The notes below the pieces were generated by a model that was not told the origin of the DNA, did not search any database, and worked only from the letters and a program-made list of their open reading frames with translations. Positions 33,518 through 37,242 of a DNA stretch of 37,242 bases are shown in pieces (position 1 is the stretch's first letter; each line of letters opens with the position of its first letter). The stretch comes from a virus (taxonomy: Duplodnaviria > Caudoviricetes). The translations under genes were made by a program, and so were the position numbers. The DNA lies in the IMG/VR virus record IMGVR_UViG_3300025502_000066, positions 1 to 37,242 of that record; one strand, 5' to 3'.

Positions 33518-36500
33518 ATGGCAAATGACCCAGAAGTGAACATTGATATCACTATTGGTCATGCCAAACTAGCTGCTTCCGCCAAAAAAGCGGTAGGAGT
33601 TATTAACGAGATTGGCCAGGCCGCAATAACGGCCAGTGGGGGCGCGAAAACTCTTGCTTCATCTTTCCGGGAGTTCGGCGACTCGGGCAAAAGCCTTCCG
33701 GCTCTTAGGTACGCACTCTATGACATAAGAAACACTCTTAGTCTTATATCGGTCGCTTTTGCCGCTGTGGCCATAGCGCCTGTGGCCCTTTCCATCAAGT
33801 ATGAACGGGCTTTCGCAAACGTTATTAGAACTAACGAATTGGTGGTGGGTTCCACACAAGAGTTACGTGCAGAGCTCCAGGAGATTACCGAAAGCACCCC
33901 TATTTCTTGGGAAGACATTACGAACATCGCAGCGTTGGCTGGGCAGCTCGGCATTGCGGAAAAGTATATCGCTAGCTTTACTGAGTCGGTAGCTAAGTTT
34001 GCTGCCACCACGGACTTAACAGTGGATGCTGCCGCGACCGCGTTCGGGCGCCTTAATCAGCTCATTGACGGTGTTGATGGCCAGTTCGAGAAGCTTGGTT
34101 CCGCAATTCTGGCTGTAGGTATCAGTTCTGTGTCCACGGAATCTGAAATTGTTTCGGTGTCCACACAGATTGCTTCTATGGGTAACTTGGCGGGCCTCAC
34201 TGCCCCTGAGATTATTGGACTATCTGGCGCCATGGCATCCGTAGGCATCAAGCCAGAGCTTGCACGCGGTAACGTCACACGCCTGTTTAGCAACATTGGA
34301 AAGTCCGCTGTCGAAGGCGGGCGAGGCGTCACCGAGTTTGGCCGTTTGACGGGGAGAACAGCCGAAGAGTTTGTTTCGGATTGGGGCACCCAGCCAGGCC
34401 GGGTTTTACAGGACTTCTTTAGAGGCATAAACGATGAGGGTCCCAGGGCAGAGCGCACGCTAAGGGAGCTGGGCATTACTTCCGTGCGGGACATTCCGGC
34501 TATTTTGCGTTTGGCGCAAACCTCCGACGAGGTTGCCAAGCTTATCGGGATTAGTAACGACGAGTTCCTTAGGGGCTCCAAAATCAATCAGCAGTACGGG
34601 ATTATTAGCGACACTACGGCCGAACAGGTTTCTCGTCTAGGACAGAACGTGCAAACTTTGGGCGCCGCTTTTGGCGACTCGGTTGGCCCTCTTGGAGGGT
34701 TCTTGAAATACTTGAATCAAGTTGTACAGGGCCTTACGGTGTGGGCTCAGCATCCCATAGGCGAAGCTATCAGTGGTTTTATCATTATCACCTCGTTGCT
34801 TATTGCCGCTTTTACCGCATTGTTCGCGGCAGTGGCCGGAGCCGCCGCATCAATTCTTGCAATTAGGTTCGCGTTGCAGAAGCTTGGGTTTGATTCGATT
34901 GGTGCAGCCGCCAAAGTGATGATTAACAATAAGGCTATAGATGGTCTCGCTTTCAAGAGTAAGTTTGCCACGATTGCGGTTCTTGGTTTGTCTGCCGCTT
35001 TCAGGGCTCTCCTTATCAGCACGGGCATTGGCGCAGTGTTGCTCCTCATCTCCTGGGGTCTTTCTACGTTGGGGAAAAATTCTGACGCAACGAGTTCCAA
35101 GCTTAAGGACTTGTACGGTGACATGGAATCGCTTTCCACGGCGATTGATGAGGACACTGCGGCGTTCGATAAGAACACTGGGAAGATGAAAGATGGTAGT
35201 GACGCTCTTAGGGTTTACACCAGAACCATAGAAAACAAAAACGACGCCATAAAGGATAGCGTCAACATAGCGGGCGATTTTGTTCATTCTGACGAACAGA
35301 TGACAGCGTCCACCGAGGACGGTACGGCCGCACTCGAAAAGCAAACAAGGGTCATAGACGAGAACACTGTCGCATATTTCAAAAATCAGCTCCTCAAAGA
35401 CGAAGATATTGTTGACCTGTTTTCTGACGCCGCTTTCCAAGACGCTATGAATAAAGCGGGGGTCACGGTCAGTGAACTTATTGCCGCAAACATTGAGGGC
35501 GAAAGCTCCCCGCTTACTGACGCGATAAGTGCACAGTTAGACGCGGGCATAGAAGAACTAAAAGCCAGAAGGCAAGAAATACTTGTAACGCATGGGGACA
35601 CCGGCCCGGAGTATGCTGCGGCAACAAGAGCCATCCACGCTCGCAAAGAAATGGCGGAAGAATACGAAGAGTCCCTTCTCGGGCATTTGAGGACCCAAGC
35701 AGACAGTATCGCTTTAGACAAACAAGCCACCGAAGCTCTTACGTTTGCCAACGAGGGCCAACAAGACGCGAAAACTTATATTGACCTTACTGACGCTTCT
35801 GTAAAGATTTTGATGGAAGACATTTTTGGTTTGGCTAACGCTAACAAGAAAACAACTGATTCGTTCAGAAAACTTGGGGAAGAGTTCGCTGACCTGGGGC
35901 CTGACGCTGGCGCTGCCACGGGCGCCATACAAGGGGTTATTGCGGCAGTTATAGCTGGCACCCCTGACGCCGAACAGCAAATCATAAACTTGGCACAAGC
36001 TATGCTTGTCATGGAAGCAGCCGGAGTTCTTTCCAGCAAACAAGCAGTCATATTCAACGACACCATTGAGGGTCTCGGCATCACCGCTGGAATTACAACA
36101 GCTCGAGTTTTAGAGCTTACTGCGCTTGGCGCAACGGAAGGCACCCTAGAAGGGGCGCTGGACGCCCTCATGGATGGAATGAATGGTGTGGGAGCTTCTG
36201 CAGATAAAGCTTCTGGGAAAGTCAAAACATTGGCGGAACAGTTTGAAGAACTTGTCGATGTTATGTTCGACGCAATCAACCTTGGCCGCGAAACCGAAGA
36301 AGCAATCTTTGCTCTCGGTGAAGCGTTCGGTGATACAGGCAAAAAAGCTTTGTACTCTAGCGAAGAAATGCAGGACGCCATCGGTGCCATTCTGCAACAA
36401 TCCGAAAGCGCCGAAGAAGGTGTGGCTAACCTAGCTTCGCTGTTTGCCGGCCTCGCGAAAGAAGTGGGTGGCAACGCTTCCCCCTCATTGAGTATCCTCA

Positions 36501-37242
36501 GACAAGCCATCAGCCGGGTCGCATCCGAGTTTGGCATAACCGAAGCAGAAGCGCAAAGGTTTATTGACACTGCCGGTGATGGCATTGCCAACATCAACTT
36601 TGATAATTTCAATAGAGGAATCAAAGCAACACAGGAAAAGATTCGCACGCTGTCCGATTACGCCGGCGACCTAGAAAACGTTTTCTCTCGTGCTTTTGAT
36701 TTGCGTTTCGCCAAGACTTTTGACATTGACAGGATTGCGGAAGCCTGGGACAACCTTGGCGATAACGTGGAAAGAGCAAGGCTCGAAGTTGAAGACTTGC
36801 AGGCGGCCCAGCAAGGTTTGGGGGCCGACCGGGCAATCAAAATGTACTTCTTGTCTGTCGCAGAATCTTATGGTGACATGTTGCGGGCTGCCGTGCTCCG
36901 TAAAGAGCTGTTAGAGATGGACAGAGACCAAGCCGAAAACGCTGGCAAGCTCGCTAATGCTCAAGCTATTGCAGGCGGAGACCTGACTGGGCAGGGTGTC
37001 GGGCAGAGGCAAAACAGGTCCGACCTGCTTGGCCTTGTGCGTGATTACCAGGGGTACATTGAGACTTTGGCGGAGTCGGGTGCGAGCCAGGACGAGTTGC
37101 GTAAAGCTACTGTAAGGGCGCGTCGAGAGTTTGTTGCTCAGGCTATCGAGCTTGGCTACCAGGAGTCGGTTGTCAACGAGTACGCGAAAGCGTTCGATGA
37201 TGTACGCACGGCGATAGACAGGGTCCCGCGTAACATCACGGT
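33518..37242 (+). CDS. tape measure protein (3' end outside window)
   Basis: MANDPEVNIDITIG... is Ala/Gly-rich and helical, with a TP901-type core (IAALAGQLGI..FTESVAKF). No stop seen before the window end. Confidence 0.9.
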   Translation, partial: MANDPEVNIDITIGHAKLAASAKKAVGVINEIGQAAITASGGAKTLASSFREFGDSGKSLPALRYALYDIRNTLSLISVAFAAVAIAPVALSIKYERAFANVIRTNELVVGSTQELRAELQEITESTPISWEDITNIAALAGQLGIAEKYIASFTESVAKFAATTDLTVDAAATAFGRLNQLIDGVDGQFEKLGSAILAVGISSVSTESEIVSVSTQIASMGNLAGLTAPEIIGLSGAMASVGIKPELARGNVTRLFSNIGKSAVEGGRGVTEFGRLTGRTAEEFVSDWGTQPGRVLQDFFRGINDEGPRAERTLRELGITSVRDIPAILRLAQTSDEVAKLIGISNDEFLRGSKINQQYGIISDTTAEQVSRLGQNVQTLGAAFGDSVGPLGGFLKYLNQVVQGLTVWAQHPIGEAISGFIIITSLLIAAFTALFAAVAGAAASILAIRFALQKLGFDSIGAAAKVMINNKAIDGLAFKSKFATIAVLGLSAAFRALLISTGIGAVLLLISWGLSTLGKNSDATSSKLKDLYGDMESLSTAIDEDTAAFDKNTGKMKDGSDALRVYTRTIENKNDAIKDSVNIAGDFVHSDEQMTASTEDGTAALEKQTRVIDENTVAYFKNQLLKDEDIVDLFSDAAFQDAMNKAGVTVSELIAANIEGESSPLTDAISAQLDAGIEELKARRQEILVTHGDTGPEYAAATRAIHARKEMAEEYEESLLGHLRTQADSIALDKQATEALTFANEGQQDAKTYIDLTDASVKILMEDIFGLANANKKTTDSFRKLGEEFADLGPDAGAATGAIQGVIAAVIAGTPDAEQQIINLAQAMLVMEAAGVLSSKQAVIFNDTIEGLGITAGITTARVLELTALGATEGTLEGALDALMDGMNGVGASADKASGKVKTLAEQFEELVDVMFDAINLGRETEEAIFALGEAFGDTGKKALYSSEEMQDAIGAILQQSESAEEGVANLASLFAGLAKEVGGNASPSLSILRQAISRVASEFGITEAEAQRFIDTAGDGIANINFDNFNRGIKATQEKIRTLSDYAGDLENVFSRAFDLRFAKTFDIDRIAEAWDNLGDNVERARLEVEDLQAAQQGLGADRAIKMYFLSVAESYGDMLRAAVLRKELLEMDRDQAENAGKLANAQAIAGGDLTGQGVGQRQNRSDLLGLVRDYQGYIETLAESGASQDELRKATVRARREFVAQAIELGYQESVVNEYAKAFDDVRTAIDRVPRNIT

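Noticed and set aside
1-37242. Integrase, repressor, DNA polymerase or lysis genes
   Set aside because: None recognised in this window, so lifestyle cannot be determined.

Overview
A 37 kb piece of a long-tailed (siphovirus-like) phage genome, very probably infecting an actinobacterium (WhiB gene, many leaderless TGn-TAnnnT promoters, actinobacterial-style ssrA-like sequence). Positions 1-21005 are a tightly packed leftward arm of early, replication and accessory genes: RNA ligase, RuvC-like resolvase, two DNA methyltransferases, primase-helicase, SSB, PD-(D/E)XK exonuclease, ERF recombinase, WhiB, SF2 helicase, a beta-clamp-like protein and many small ORFs. Positions 22196-37242 are the rightward packaging and virion arm, from terminase through portal, protease, capsid, neck, two tail-tube paralogs and a frameshifted chaperone to a truncated tape measure gene. 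The most unusual content is non-coding and absent from the ORF track: (1) a tmRNA tRNA-like-domain-only gene split exactly in its T-stem by an HNH cassette, with a duplicated 5' half; (2) two tRNA-like genes with abnormal anticodon loops; (3) an array of different 18-bp palindromes at about 20-bp period; (4) a two-hairpin small RNA candidate with anti-Shine-Dalgarno loops. All calls come from reading the sequence by eye; no database searches or folding programs were run.
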